Assembly (NCBI RefSeq): GCF_009834535.1
Contig: NC_045697.1
Location: forward strand, 110,052,001 to 110,116,000
Direction of reading: 5' to 3'
DNA from: Camelus ferus
Lineage: Eukaryota
Length of the DNA: 64,000 bases
Shown in pieces: positions 1 through 13,466 of this stretch (position 1 is the first letter of the stretch; each line of letters starts with the position of its first letter). The position numbers and the translations under genes are program-made. The notes below the pieces were generated by a model. It was not told where the DNA came from, ran no database searches, and was given only the letters and a program-made list of their open reading frames with translations.

Positions 1-1870
1 TTTTACTGTAAAACACTGAGGTGCCTGGTTATGGTTTTCTTTTTATTCATCACATTTGAAGTTTCTAGCACATTTTGAATTGTGATTTAATGTCAGTTTT
101 GGAAGATTCTCAGCCACCATCTTTTTAAATATTGCTTCTGGCCTACTCTTTCCATTCTCCTTTTGGGATCTCAATTACACATATGTAAGACCTTTAAACC
201 ATATTCCACACATCTCTTATTCTCTTTTCAGTATTTTCAGTATTGTTTAAACATCTGTCTGTGTTTTAGTCCATATATTTTCTTTTTATTTATCTTCTAA
301 TTTACTAATGCTCTCTTCACCAGTGTCTAATTTGATGTTAAACATATATTGAGTTCTTTATTTTAACAACTTTTTTGAGATATAATTCATGTACTATACA
401 GTTCACCTACTTAGAATGTCTAGCTCAATGGTTTTTAGTATATTTACAGAGTTGTACAAACATCACCACAATCAAATTTAGAATATTGACACGACTCCAA
501 ACAGAAACCCCATACCCACTAGCAGTCATTCCCCATCTTCTTCCAACACTCCTAGTCCTAGACTCTGCTAATCTGCTTACTACCTCTATATATTTGCCTA
601 TCTTGGACATTACATATAAACAATCACAGCAAGTGTTCTTTTGTGACTGAATTTTTTCACTTTCAATAATGCTTTCAAATTCATCTGTGTTGCTGAATAA
701 TACTACATTGTGTGGCTATACATTAGGTTTATCTATTTATCAGTTAATTGACATTTGGGTTATTTCCACTTTTAGCTATTATGAATAAAGTTGCTATGAC
801 ATTTCATGGACAAATTTTTGTATGAACATAACTTCATTTCTTTTGGGTATAGACTTAGGAGTAGGATTGCTGGGTAATTATGGTAGCCCTATGTATGTTT
901 AACTTTTGAGGAATTCTTGGATTGTTTTCCATAGAGACCGACCTACTTTATATTTCCATCAGCAATATATGAGAATTCTAATTTCTCCACTCTTCACCAA
1001 TACTTGCTATTATCTGTATTTTTATAGCCATCCTAGAGAGTGTGAAATGGCAATTATATTCTATAATTTAGAATTTCCTTTTCTTTTTATAGTTTAAAAA
1101 GTTTTTTATAGTTTTATGATAGTTTAGTTCACAGTTTTTATATTTCACTTTTCTCCTGAAGTTCTCAATATGGCATCTAATTTCTTGAACAGTTACTTTA
1201 AAGTCCACATGAGATAATGCCAATATATGGATCTCTGTATGTCTGTTTCTACTATAATTTTTCTTTTACTTGTGATCGTGTAAGCCTTTTCCTCAGTACA
1301 CCTAGCCATTTTGGATAACGTTACGGACACTGCCAAGGTTCTGAATAATTTTATTCTCTATAGGGGACTACATATTACTGTTGGCAAGCAGTTAGAGTAG
1401 GGAAAGAACACAAATATGTAATTGATTTTATTCAGTTTGGCCACAGACTTTGTGAGTGCCTGCCTTTTCTGATTTACCCTTACTCCTGGGGCAGCCTTCT
1501 AGGAGTTCCAATTTATTCACTAGTGTATTTACCAGACCCTTCCTCCTTGGTAGGCCTTTAACTCTAATACTTGTCCTCATAACATTTCCAGTAGCTCCTT
1601 TTAGCTTCTCAACCTTGCAGCTGATGTGTTTCACTCAGCCTCAAGAGGGTTTTGAGACACAGTCTATCAGGTATACCTCTTTGTGTTTCTGTTCTCTCCA
1701 GGGTCAGGATTCTCAAGCCTTCACTGTCTTGGTAGTTCTCTGATGCCTCTCATACACATATATATATTAAAAAAAAAAACCTTTCTTTTTCTCTTTCTTA
1801 TTCTTACTCAGTTTTTTACTTATTCTCAGCAGGAGAGTTGGTATACAACACGTTAATTCATCATTACAGA
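1..1870 (-). mobile_element. Ancient L1 (L1M-type 5'/ORF1 region) with a nested L1MB/MC-type 3' end at ~370-1050
   Basis: T-rich antisense L1 text (ttctcagccaccatctttttaaatattgcttctg...). It is interrupted by gagatataattcatgtac...tggtttttagtatatttacagagttgtac, the reverse complement of an L1 3' UTR. Confidence 0.7.
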
Positions 1871-2817
1871 AAGCCTTCACATGTACTTGGATTCATTTCT
1901 GGATTTTCTATTCTGTTCCATTAGTCCAGTGAGTCATTTTTGCCATAATTTTTCTAGTGTGTCTTCACTGTGCTTTGGTACATCATTCAGCAAATTAAGT
2001 CTTTTTGGTTACAATATATTTTATACTGCAATTATTTTCTGTTGCTTACGTTTTATTAAGATGGGTTTTCCTCAATTTATAAAGTTACCATATAGGAGTG
2101 GTGACAGATCAGAATAGCTTTCTTAGATTTATGGCTCTAGGACCCCCTCTTCTCTTGTTTCTGCAAATTATTTATAAATAAGAGATTTTTGTACCTTCTA
2201 CTTCCTCTGGCCCCCTTTCCCCCTTTGTATCTAGGACTTCTTTCCCTTTACTAGTCATAGGAATTCGAATTCTACTTTTGGTAGACTTAGTATGTGGTTC
2301 TGCTCCTCTAGAAGGCAACTTGGTTGTGTATTTCTTAAAGCTCCGGGGGCCTGGACACACCAGCATAATCTAATTTCACTTTAGTCTTTCTACATTGATC
2401 TACAAAGTGGGTACTCTATAGTCCTTTCCCAATTTTGACAGTTATTCTCAGATCTGCCTGCTAGGTTTCTCTTCTGAGGATAGACCTTTCCTTGCATAGG
2501 TGAGTACTTGTTGGTGATACACTGTTCTCTGGCTCAAAGAAAATTGCAAATTGCTCCCCTCTGTTATTGCCAATAGTTGGTCCTTTTGCTTTGCCTGTTC
2601 ATGTTCTAGAATTTGTAGGAGCGACTTTACTTTTTATGAAAAGTGTGGTCCATGAGCTTATACTTTCACTGGACAACTGCTCTGTTTCGTAAAGTCATTT
2701 GAGAAGATTTAAACATCTACACTGCTGTTGCTATCTTGCCCTGACTAGAACCTAAACCATTGCTCTACTTGGATTTTGGAATAGCAAACTACCCTACTTT
2801 TCTGTTCTATCTCACTA

Positions 2818-2842
2818 GTTTGTTTGTTTGTTTGTTTGTTTG
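2818..2842 (+). repeat. (GTTT)n microsatellite
   Basis: About 6 units, seen directly. Confidence 0.95.
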
Positions 2843-2899
2843 TCCCTGAGAGTTGTTTGTTGGAGCTTCTTTCTTCTTTTTTGACTTCTTGGTCCTTGT

Positions 2900-3850
2900 C
2901 CCAAAGGTCAGTCCCAAGATCGTTTCTCTATTTACTTACTCCCCCAGTCATCTCATCCAGATGACTTGAAATATTTTCCATAATCTGATGACTCTGCAAT
3001 TTCTCTCTATTGTCCTAAATTTTCTCTTAAACCCTAGACTCGTGTCTAGCTTTCTCCTTACTCATATCCAATTCATTATCAAGAACCAGCAACACTACCT
3101 CCAATATACATCTTGACTCCATTCACCTCCACCTGCAGCCCTCCAGCTGAGCTACAATCATCACCAGCTGAGATTAGCACACTAGCCAACTGACTGGGGC
3201 ACTGCTACTGCATTAACCTCCTCCCCACCTCTACCTTGGTCTATTTTCTATAAAGTAGTACTCTTTAAAAATGTGAATCAGATAATATCCTGGGAATAAA
3301 GCACCAATGACCTACCACAACACTTGGAACAAACTCTGAAGTCTTTTATTATAGCCTACAAGGCCTGACATGATCTGAACCCTAGTTACTTCCATGCTTT
3401 TATTTCCTGCTACTCTTCCTCTCACACTAGTTCTGGGCCACACTGGCTTTATAGTTTTCCAAACACTCCAAGTGCCCCTGCCCCAGGCCCCTTGTTCTTG
3501 CTCACATGCATCTTCAATGGTTTCCCCTCAGATCTTTGCATGGCTCATTCACTTCATTCAGTTCAAACAGCATCACGTCAGAAACCTCCCCTGAAGAGTC
3601 AAACAGTACTGCTCTCTTCCCCCACAACCTTGCCAATGTCTTCTCTGTTTTCCTTTGTATCTTTAAGAAATGTTCTTCCTATAACTGCACTTACTATTAC
3701 TTGAAAGCATATTTTTATTGTTATCTCCCTCAATAAAAAAGGCAAGTGCTGTATATACACTGGCTTTATCTACTCTCATTTCTGTATCTCCAGAGCCCAG
3801 ATCCATGCCTTGTCTGCAATAGACACTAAGTAAATATGTGTTGATTAAAT
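2900..3850 (+). mobile_element. L2 LINE 3' fragment
   Basis: Typical L2 text (aaatgtgaatcagataatatc, tatagcctacaaggcc) ending in the L2 tail ctaagtaaatatgtgttgattaaat. Confidence 0.75.
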
Positions 3851-6654
3851 CTATGAAGTATTTCCCTGTTATTATTTCTCATAACTTGTTATACTACTTT
3901 TTATTGTTGTAAGTTCAAATGCATCACTCTACCTTTGTTTTATATTTTAAAAAGGTCTTTCTCACCTTTATTCTTTGCTTTGCTTTCAGGTCTTGTGGCT
4001 TCATTTTACTCATTGGTCCAGCTAGAATTCAGTTTATGGTGTGAGAAGAAATGATGTCATATTTACCACTTCCCCCAATTCTCCCGCATGCATTTTTTAA
4101 ATAACCTGTATTTTTTATATGTCACTTTTAATACATACTAAATATATGCACATATAGAATTTTCTTCATGATCTCCTCATACTGTTTTTACTTTAAATTT
4201 TAATAAATTTTGATGTAAGCATTCTAGGCCTATCTACAGAACTATATTCTCTTCTCATATTGATAGAACTTTGTTCTGCTAGCCATAGGGTCATCATGGT
4301 CTAATACAAGATCTGAAATTAAATTAAATTAAGCCAATACACTAGATCATGTAATGCTATTGTCTCAAACAATATGCTTTTGAATGTCATCTATAACTTG
4401 TTGCTATTATGTCTTAAACTCACAAGAAAGGTATGCATATTGTGAGGGAGAAAGAGAAAACAAATCAGATTAAAGAAGGAGTTTCTAGTCATTTGACTCT
4501 ATTTAAGAAATTCTATATTTTGATAGCATCTTTACACTTGCTTTCTCTCTCTCGTGATTGGCTAACATCATAGAACTATGTTAGAATTCACACCTACAGG
4601 GGTCGCACCTCTGTCCCAGCCCTCACACTGTGGCCGCTCTGCCCATTCACGTATGTACTCACTCATTCTGAGAAGCATCTGTATTTCATAATACAGGTGG
4701 AGACCAGGCCTCTCCCCTGAGGGCTTACTATGTAACAACGAAATCCATGTCTAGTTTTGTAACCAAAATAATGCCTTCTCATTCAAGAGATGCACTTGTG
4801 CATCTGCTATTTATTTGGTACGCTTTCCCCCTCTCTATTACTCACTTCACAGTTTTGGTTTAGCAAATATATCGGGTGAAATGAGGAAAATTATATAGAC
4901 CAAAACAGTAGGACACGCTAAATTGTCATTAAATAGCCAACTGCAAAATAATTTACGTCACTGGAAGTCAAACAAAGTTGCCAAAACTTGAGAACAAACT
5001 ATCAATTTTGCCTATATCGTGGTTTAAGAGTGATATCAAATGTAAGATTTTAATACAAAATCCCAATTATCAAGCAAACACTCATTTTTAAAAAGGATGA
5101 GCTACCAGAAAAAAAAGAGTAAGTCCTAAAATTCCATATTCTGTCCCAGCTGTCTTCTGCACTTCCATTATGTGGTATGTACGTAAAATCACCTACTTAA
5201 AACTGTGGCTCATGCAATGCCAAAGTTAAGACAGTGGGGGTTAAGGTGAGGCAATCATTCCCATTCTTTTATTCTGTAATTCACCCAAAATACCCACCCC
5301 ACGACAAATTCAAGCTCTTATGGTCAAATGTATGCTAGTTCACTGTCACCTAGCTGTAGGCTCACAACTTGATAAACTTCAAGTTTCAGATAATGGAGGG
5401 AGAGACTTGAAAGGAACAGATAGGAAGGAGGAGAAAAAAGGTTCCTTAAAAACAAAAAAAAGAAAAAAAAAAGCTCAATCCCTCAACAGGATGAGCCTAT
5501 GAAAGGTAAGTGATTCGGCAAAATCTTTATACTTAAACATTAAAAAATTTTTTTAATACAAGTCCTTACCCTCTCCTTCTTGCATTTCTCTACCCATGCC
5601 CTAAACTATTCCTTTTTAGATTTAATCCTCTATTTGCTCTTCCATCCTTTGATCCTTCTCTCCTTCCCTCCTTTCCTTCCTCCATTTCATAATAAGTAAA
5701 AGCTACTTTCAGTGACTCACACTGGAATGCAGAGCTTCTGCAGCTTCCCTAATCCTGGTATCCTTCTTGGACAGCATGATTATCCATAAAAACTCTCTCC
5801 AGCAATGACTGAACAGATGACTCTACACTTTGGAGCTCAACTGAAATAAACTCAATGAGATTGTCCGTAACATCATTGGAGAATCCACTAACCATGTTCA
5901 CGCCCCATCCTTCATTGCTTTGAAGTGGGTTAGTATCTTAGATCCTTTTAGTTTTGTCTTGTTTATTGTAAAAATTAAGGTACATGTAAAATGGCAAAAA
6001 AAAAAAAAACACCCCAAAAACCAAACCAAAAGTAACAAAGCAGATGCTTGGGTGGAAATAATTTTTAAATTATCAATTCATTTTCATCATCACAACTTCT
6101 GGAAAACACAGCAAGGGGGTGCTCTGAAACTGAGGGTAAAGGCTCTGAGAAACACAGGTCCTGTCTCACTGGACATCTAACGTGGGCCAAGTGTGCACAC
6201 GTGGCGGCAGCCAATAGTTTTCAGTGCATTTTAGTATTTTTAAAGAACAGTTAAATGATCAAATCCCTAAAGATGCAGCATTTTCCCCTTTCTTTGCCCA
6301 GGAATCTGTTTTGGAAGCCAGTTCAATGATTACTACTAGGACATGGAATTTTGATATCCATTTGGTCCTGATTTACACCAGTATTTTAAGGCTGCCAACA
6401 AGAAAGTCCAGAATTTCAGGCAGCCAAAATTCCACAAGAGACAACTGTCTTATTTTATAGCTTATGAATTTGGGGCTTAATACGATTTTCCACTAACAAG
6501 TTCTGTACCCCCTCCAGAGTGCTAAAGCCGGTGTGTAGATCAGCAGAGTAACACAGAACACATGAGGCAAGTTAATATTCAACTTGAAGGAAAACTGCAA
6601 ATTATATTGTTTACGTAGGAAAAAAGCTCTCTAGTTGAAAGGGCTGACATATGA

Positions 6655-6660
6655 TTTATT
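6655..6660 (-). terminator. Candidate distal poly(A) signal AATAAA
   Basis: Plus strand tttatt. A U-rich tract (gctttttt) lies 30-40 nt downstream on the minus strand. Another AATAAA is at 6820-6825. Confidence 0.45.
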
Positions 6661-7395
6661 GCAAACACTTAACCAGCATGTTCACATTTTCACTCTCAAC
6701 CCCATTGTAACAGTCATTTGGTGGTGGTGTGGCATTTGTTACAGGATTAATAAAGTCATCAATTAAAAATCCACTAGATGCTGGTAAGGAATAGTTCTAA
6801 ATACTTCATGTCTTCTGCTTTTATTAACTGTCCAGAAGAAATGCAGAATCCTGTCCAGAATGAGTAATAAAATCACAGGCAAATAACTTAAGGAAGAGTT
6901 AGACAGTCAACTTTTTAAGCATAAGTAAATGAAGAACCTGGTTAGTTAAAAACAACAACATTTTCTCAGTTCCTAGAAATAGTTCTGTTGTAAAACCAAA
7001 CTTCCACGTATACTTAGGAAAGAAAATCAGTACAGCATTTCTTCATATGCTCAAAGTAATCTTCTGAAGGAAATCAAAGAGAGTATAAATATTGGAATGC
7101 TGAAATAGTAATTATTATTATTTTCTAAGAAAAACCATGAAATCTTCCTCCCTGGATGCTATGAAGAAAAGTAGACATGCATCCAACCTTTAACATTTAA
7201 GTATTCCATGCCTAAATGACTTGCCCTAGGATTCCAGGCTTGTCTAAAAACCTTCATGTTTCATACAATTTCTAATATACAATTGATAAAATCAGCATAG
7301 GAAGTCTTAGGATTATTTATCTCCCTGCTTCCTACAGTGTTTTCCAGTCAAGAGAAATCAATTATCTTACATAATTTTACAGATGAAGCTTACTG

Positions 7396-7397
<2 letters not shown>

Positions 7398-7449
<52 letters not shown>

Positions 7450-7462
7450 ACACGCACACACA
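7398..7462 (+). repeat. (CA)n microsatellite, interrupted, within the putative 3' UTR
   Basis: About 22 perfect CA units followed by degenerate units. Confidence 0.97.
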
Positions 7463-8630
7463 ATGGAAATATTTCTATAGCTGAATCCCACACTAACCAC
7501 TAAGAAAACTGCACCTCATGCCCTCTGGATTTGACAGTAGAATCCTAAGCTCTTATCCAAAGCCTGACCATGTTGCCTACCCTGGATGATTTCTGGACCA
7601 TCATCAGCAGGGTGTGTTCTTTCCTGGAAGCGATAAGAATCTTGGATGGATTCTCGGGCTCACCAGACAGAAGGAGATTGCATAATCCATGAGCATCACA
7701 CAACAGCACTACGTTTCTGAAACAGTAGCTGTACAAAACAGAATTATTTTAACCAGGTCACCAAACTGCTCCACCTAATGACAGTTAAAACTAAATATCA
7801 GTATGAATAAAGGGAAGAAAGACTTCTGACCTCCATTCTTAATTTTTATAGTAGAAATATTTATATAAAAAAATCTTCATTTCGAAATATATTGCTAAAT
7901 TACTCTATGAAATTCATCATTAGCTAATAACATAATTTTATCTATGCAAAACTATGTAACTGACACAGAGTGGATAAATTATTTCTCACCAAAAGTTACT
8001 GTATCTGGAGGAAAATTAAATGAAGATATACACATACAAATTAATCTTCAGAGTTTAATGTCTGTACCCATACCATGTTACAAGACAGAGCTTTGAAAAA
8101 AATCATTCTATTTCTAAAGAAGGCCAAGGAAACATGTCTTAGGTGGCAGCCAACCATCCATCTATTGCTTTTATCAATACTTGCCCTCTATTAAGACATG
8201 CATTTCTGGTTAATCAGGAATAATTCTTGTATTTGGCACATGACCAATTTCATTCTTAATTTCTCATCAGATTTCCAAAAGACAGCATATTAAATTCGGG
8301 TTATGGCCAAACTCCACAAGTTTGGTACCTGGGGCAAAGTGGAGACCTGCGTCTCTAATATATCAGCTCTGCAGAAAACTGCTTCATTTAAAAATTTGTT
8401 TATCCTTCCAAATTTCCCCTCTCTGTTACTTTCTGCCCTACACTCATTATTCAGTCTTCACCAATTTGTCTTATAAATAGTGGTATAATCAATCAACTGT
8501 CATGTGGCCAGAATGCAGTGTACTTTACTTCCATTTGTTTTCCTGTAAACATTTTGGCAATCAGTCAAGTTCATCGCGTCCTTTGGCAATGTAACCATAC
8601 AGAAAATCAGGTATGGCAGAATACACACTA

Positions 8631-8636
8631 TTTAAT
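8631..8636 (-). terminator. Candidate proximal poly(A) signal ATTAAA
   Basis: Minus strand reads ctgtatatatatatATTAAAtagtgtgt, with a TGTA element just upstream. Confidence 0.35.
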
Positions 8637-8873
8637 ATATATATATACAGTCTTGAGTCCTGAGAGCAAAACATAAAGGTTAAAAGCCAGGGTAACTTCT
8701 CATTAAGGCTGGAATAAATTTGATGAACTTAAACGAGGGGGTTCTAAAAACCCAGACTAAATTATACCACTCACTCGTACATAAATGAACTCAATCTCGA
8801 GAAACTTGCTTGGGAATGTTTCGTCCAATCATTCACGACCAAGGGAGAGCAGGAGCTTGACATCACAGTTGTT

Positions 8874-11497
8874 TTATATTTGAACTTCATCTGCTGCTTT
8901 AAGTTCATGGCGGGTACCCCTCAGCTGTGTTCCTAATAACCCTCCATCCGACAGCAGTGGAGTCATGACGGGGGTCTGCGCAGTCAGTAGGGAAAGGGAT
9001 GGAGAAAAACTGGGAGTCATGGCTTCCGGCAGAGAATTGTGATGGTAGTGAATGGGGGAGTGTGGGTATTTCTGAAGTACCTGACCCAGGGTTATGGTTG
9101 GCATTCTTGGTGGCACTGCTTTAATCCCAGGCTGGGCTACTGCTGTTATCAAAGGTGGTGGAAAAACAAAAGATTTCTCTTTTGGAATGTCAGGCATATG
9201 TAAATGCTCATCCTTTAGTTTTGCAATATCATTAAATACTGAGGCAAGAGGTTGGAACTTGGGTTCCCAGCTGAGGAGACAATCCCAGTGATAGCTGCTT
9301 TTGACATCATGATCAGAGTTTCTCTGGGCTGAAGGAGCTGCACATCCCACTTCCTGATCACCCGAAATAAAGGTGACCTCTTTTCTGATGTCAGCCAGGA
9401 TGCCTTCTTTTCCCTCTCTCTTCTTTAGCGGCGGGAGTAACACATTATTTTGAACATAGGTTGCACCACAGCCTTCTCCTTGGTCTCCTTCCTCAAATGG
9501 ATGGTTGGCATCTGCTATTTCAGTGGTGACCACCACATCAGTTTCTCCAGACAAACAGGAGAGCTGGTCTGAGTCCCTTGGGATTCCTGAATCTGGCACC
9601 CTGGACTCCCGATCACTCAGAGCTGAGTCAGAGTCCTTTCTGTAAGGGTGATCGTTGATCCTCTGGATTTCCTTATCTTCTGCAGTTTCTCCTTCCACAG
9701 AACAGTGGCCACTGGAGTTTGAGTGCCTGTACAGATCTGCAATGTCCTTCTCCATGATTCTTATTAAACTCAACCATTCAGGCATGGAGTCCACGGGCAC
9801 CACCTCATTCCCGTACTCATTAGTGTCCTGGAAGGGCTGGAGCACAGTGGCTTCCCCGGCTGGTCTCAAATGGATATCCAAGGATGACGATGTTTTCTTT
9901 TCTTCATAATTGTTTACTGCATCTTTTGGTTTATGTCTTAAAATCAGCACGAGGAGAATGAAGATGAGTAACAGAAACGCTAAAAAGGAGACTATGAGAC
10001 TGATGGAAAAGCTGCTAGCGGATCCTGCTGAGTGTTTTCCTTCCAAGGAGAAAGACACATTCACAAAAACAGTACACGATGCAAACTTGGAGTCTGGTTT
10101 GGGGCTACGAGCAATTATTTTCATTTCAATGGTGTCTTCTTTGCTGACTTGACTTTTTATTAGGGGAAGGGCTCGACTCAAATAAATATTTCCAGTAGTT
10201 TTATTTATTGAAAAGAAAGGAGATGGGGTTTCGAGGGAGTAAAGAATAACTCCGTCGATACCAGCGTCTCCATCTGATGCTTCCACTCTGCCAATCAACT
10301 GCCTTACGTTATTCTTTTCGGGGAGGTTGAAAAAATATTGATCCTGAGTGAAAATGGGTTCAAACTCATCTATTCCTTCAATATCCACCCAAACCATTAT
10401 GGAGGCTGTGGAGTCCCCCTTGTCTTTTGCCTGAACTGTGAGGCAGTATTTTTGGTCATTTTCATAGTCAAGGTCTTGCTTAGCATGAATATCCCCTGTT
10501 AAAGGGTCAATGAGGAAGAGATCACGGCCGTGAGGCACCTCGGGAGGGACAGAGCAGGGTGATACAATAGAATAGGTCAGTTCTCCATAAGGACCTGTGT
10601 CAAAATCCAAAGCGTTTACAGAACAGATGGTGGAGAAGACAGGCCGATTTTCAGGAACGACACAGTTTAAGCTGGGGAACATAAACTGAGGTGCATGGTC
10701 ATTGTCATCAAGGACACTGATGAACACAATTGCAAAAGAAAAATGCTTCTTTTCTTTATTAGAAGCTTGGACGGTTAAAGTGAATTTTACTGTTTCTTCA
10801 TAATCTAGCAGTTTAATCAAATAAAGAACTCCGGTTTTTTCTTCCAAGCGAAAATGCCCCTTCTCATTTCCAGAGAGCAGGTGGTAGGTGATTTCTGCGT
10901 GGGAAGCCACGTCGCGGTCATTTGCTGAGACCACAGTGATGGGACTCCCTGGAGGGGTGCTTTCTTTGACGTGGGCATGATACTCCAGGCTGCTGAACGT
11001 AGGGGGGTTATCATCCACGTCGAGTACTTCTATTGACACGGTGGCTGAGGAGCTCAGTGGAGGGCAGCCGTGGTCAGACGCCAGAATGACCAGCTTGTGA
11101 CTGGCGGCTGCTTCTCTGTCCAGGCTGTGATGCAACACCAGATAACCAACTGGCTTGTAAGAACCCTCGGAATGAATGAAACTTGTCTCCACGTGGAAGC
11201 TGTTCTGTGAGTTACCACTGATGATGGAATATTCAACGTGCATGTTTTCACGGGTCCAGTCATGGTCAATGGTTGAAAAGGTGACAAGTGTGCCTCCAAC
11301 TGCGGTGTCTTCACTCAAGCTAAGGTTATAATAGTCTCTTGCAAACTCAGGGGCAAAATCGTTCCTATCTTGTATTTCTATCTCCACTAAGGTAACAGCC
11401 CTCAGGTCAGGAATTCCGCCGTCACTGGCTTCAACAAGAAATCGAATGGTTGATTTTCTATCCAGAAGTAAGACAGGATTGATGGTAAATATTGTGC
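8874..11497 (-). CDS. DCHS2: DCHS2 terminal coding exon: last cadherin repeats, TM helix (~9939-10004), cytoplasmic tail, stop TAA
   Basis: tgtttttcag|GCACAATA. The 2624-nt open frame has cadherin motifs, hydrophobic ISLIVSFLAFLLLIFILLVLIL, Dachsous tail motifs SSGHCSVEGETAEDKEIQRIN and WxxLLSWEPKFQPLASVFNDIAKLKD, and C-terminus DEVQI. Confidence 0.95.
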
Positions 11498-12398
11498 CTG
11501 AAAAACAAGACATAAATTTTCAACATGGTGAAATAAAATTTTCATGTTTCTTTTAGTCAGCAAATATTCACTAATATGTAAAATTATTTGTTTAGTTGTG
11601 TTAAAGTGACAACCAAGAGTAACTCCAAATAGAAAATTTAAATTACTACATTTATACTTTTGTAACACTTAAGATTCAGAAATAATATTCACTCTATTGC
11701 ATATGTGTGCTACTTGAAGATGACCTTGCCACAAATTTTTTTCAATTTTATTTTTGTATTTTATATAAAAGTAATTTTATATTACTTTTTAAAGAAAATG
11801 TACTCTTATTTAATAATATATACCTCAATCTATCACCCACAGACACATGTATAGAGACATTCTGGCATAAAGATATTTATTCTGAAAACACTGGATGACA
11901 ATCATTCTAGTCAAATGAAAGTAGTCAATATGATCATGTAGGTTACAACTACTGCTTAATTCTAGAGATGTCTTTCCTAAAGCTCTTGGCTAATTCAGCC
12001 AGTGGATTTTTCCTCTATTGATAAAATATACTTAATACATTTATCATTTTAAATATAGAAATATATAATTTGTATATGTCTGTAATGGTATTTTTCTAAG
12101 GTAAAGATGTGTTTTAAGGATGGTCTCTAAGAAAGAATACAAAATGCTATCATTTAAATGCCACATTTCAGTTAGAGTGAACCATGAACTAAACTGACTG
12201 GGTAATATTTAATATTTTAAAAAGATTCTAATCAAGAATCTGATCGAGTCTTATTGTGAAGTTTGTTGATAATGCAGAGCAAGGAAAAGTCCCACCAGCT
12301 GTGTGGGGACATTGCCTACCTCTTCCTGTCACAACACTCCGAGGGCCTCAGACTGGTGTTCTGTGACTAAATTCTCCCTTTAGGTAATCCTGAGGTTC

Positions 12399-12522
12399 TT
12401 TTTTAAATTGAGAATATAATTGGCATAAAATTGTATTCGTTTCAGGTGCACAGCATAAGGATTCGATATTTGTGTATGATGCAAAATGATCAGCACAGTA
12501 AAGCTAGTTAACACCATCACCC
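12399..12522 (-). mobile_element. Short L1 3'-end fragment (L1MA-type)
   Basis: ttttttaaattgagaatataattggcata...ttcaggtgcacagcat...aaatgatcagcacagtaaagctagttaacaccatcacc is the reverse complement of an L1 tail. Confidence 0.7.
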
Positions 12523-13333
12523 AGAGGCTAACTTTTAAATCAGCTCTCACTCGTGAAATGATGCAGTGGTGGGTGGAGACGGGGACACCCAGTGTGACAC
12601 GTCCCAGGCCCTGCTCTTTTCTGGAGTGTGCTCTGCTAGGGACAGGGCTTTGCTAGTTGTTCATCTTTATCAAACTTAGCTTGAATGTCTACTCCCTGTT
12701 AACATTTCTCTATACGATGCTTAACCTTTCTACACTGGATGCATCTACCTGCCTGAATCCATTTCACAACCGCAAATGTCTTCATCTCTGATAAAAATTC
12801 AAAGAGCCTTGGAAGGCGTCAAGTACACCAGAACATCCTCAATGATTTTCACTTTGGAGAGATGCTCAAATCATTTTCCTTTTTCAGTTTTTTGGGTCCT
12901 TGTTGAATATACGATGCCATGACTGAACTTCTTATACTTGGCTTGGGGAAAAAAAAGCTTCCAAACTCTGGTAACATGAAGTTCTCCATTCTAAATGAAC
13001 ACCTTCAACTTCATTTTGATTCTTGTTGGGAACTGGGATAATTCACTGGCCTGATGGACTGGTGTTTACTCTGTTGAGGTCCCTGAACTTCTGCGCATGT
13101 GCCAGCATTGAATCAACTCCTTTGGCTTTCCAGCCATTGAGATGTTGGAGGAGAGAAATGGAACAGGGATTTGCTACCACAGCATTTGACGTGAAAAGAA
13201 ATAGGAAGGGGGTGTCTATGATACCAGTGGGTTGGGGGGATGTCCTATTTTAGACACATTTGGAAAGGATTCCTTCCAGTTTCCAGCCTGTAGCTCTAAC
13301 CTATGAACACTAAAGCCACTCCAAACAACTCAC

Positions 13334-13466
13334 CATTTGTAGGATCAACTGAAAATGTCTTAGAAGAGGGAAGGATCCTGTAGGAAATGTTCTCGTTGCT
13401 TTCCACATCTGTGGCCGCCACGGTCAGCACCGGGTACCCCACAGGCACTGATTCAGGAACAGTGAC
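13334..13466 (-). CDS. DCHS2: DCHS2 penultimate coding exon (133 nt, phase 0/1)
   Basis: ttcccccag|GTCACT ... AATG|gtgagt. Encodes VTVPESVPVGYPVLTVAATDVESNENISYRILPSSKTFSVDPTN. Confidence 0.93.

Larger units (their letters stand above)
6635..8873 (-). other. DCHS2: Putative DCHS2 3' UTR (long form)
   Basis: Transposon-poor stretch after the stop codon, ending near AATAAA at 6655-6660 (minus). The end point is inferred. Confidence 0.5.

Noticed and set aside
8874..11513. 879-aa ORF as a stand-alone single-exon protocadherin gene or retrocopy
   Set aside because: It has no signal peptide, and the Met lies in the intron's pyrimidine tract. A canonical acceptor at 11498 joins it in phase to seven upstream exons.
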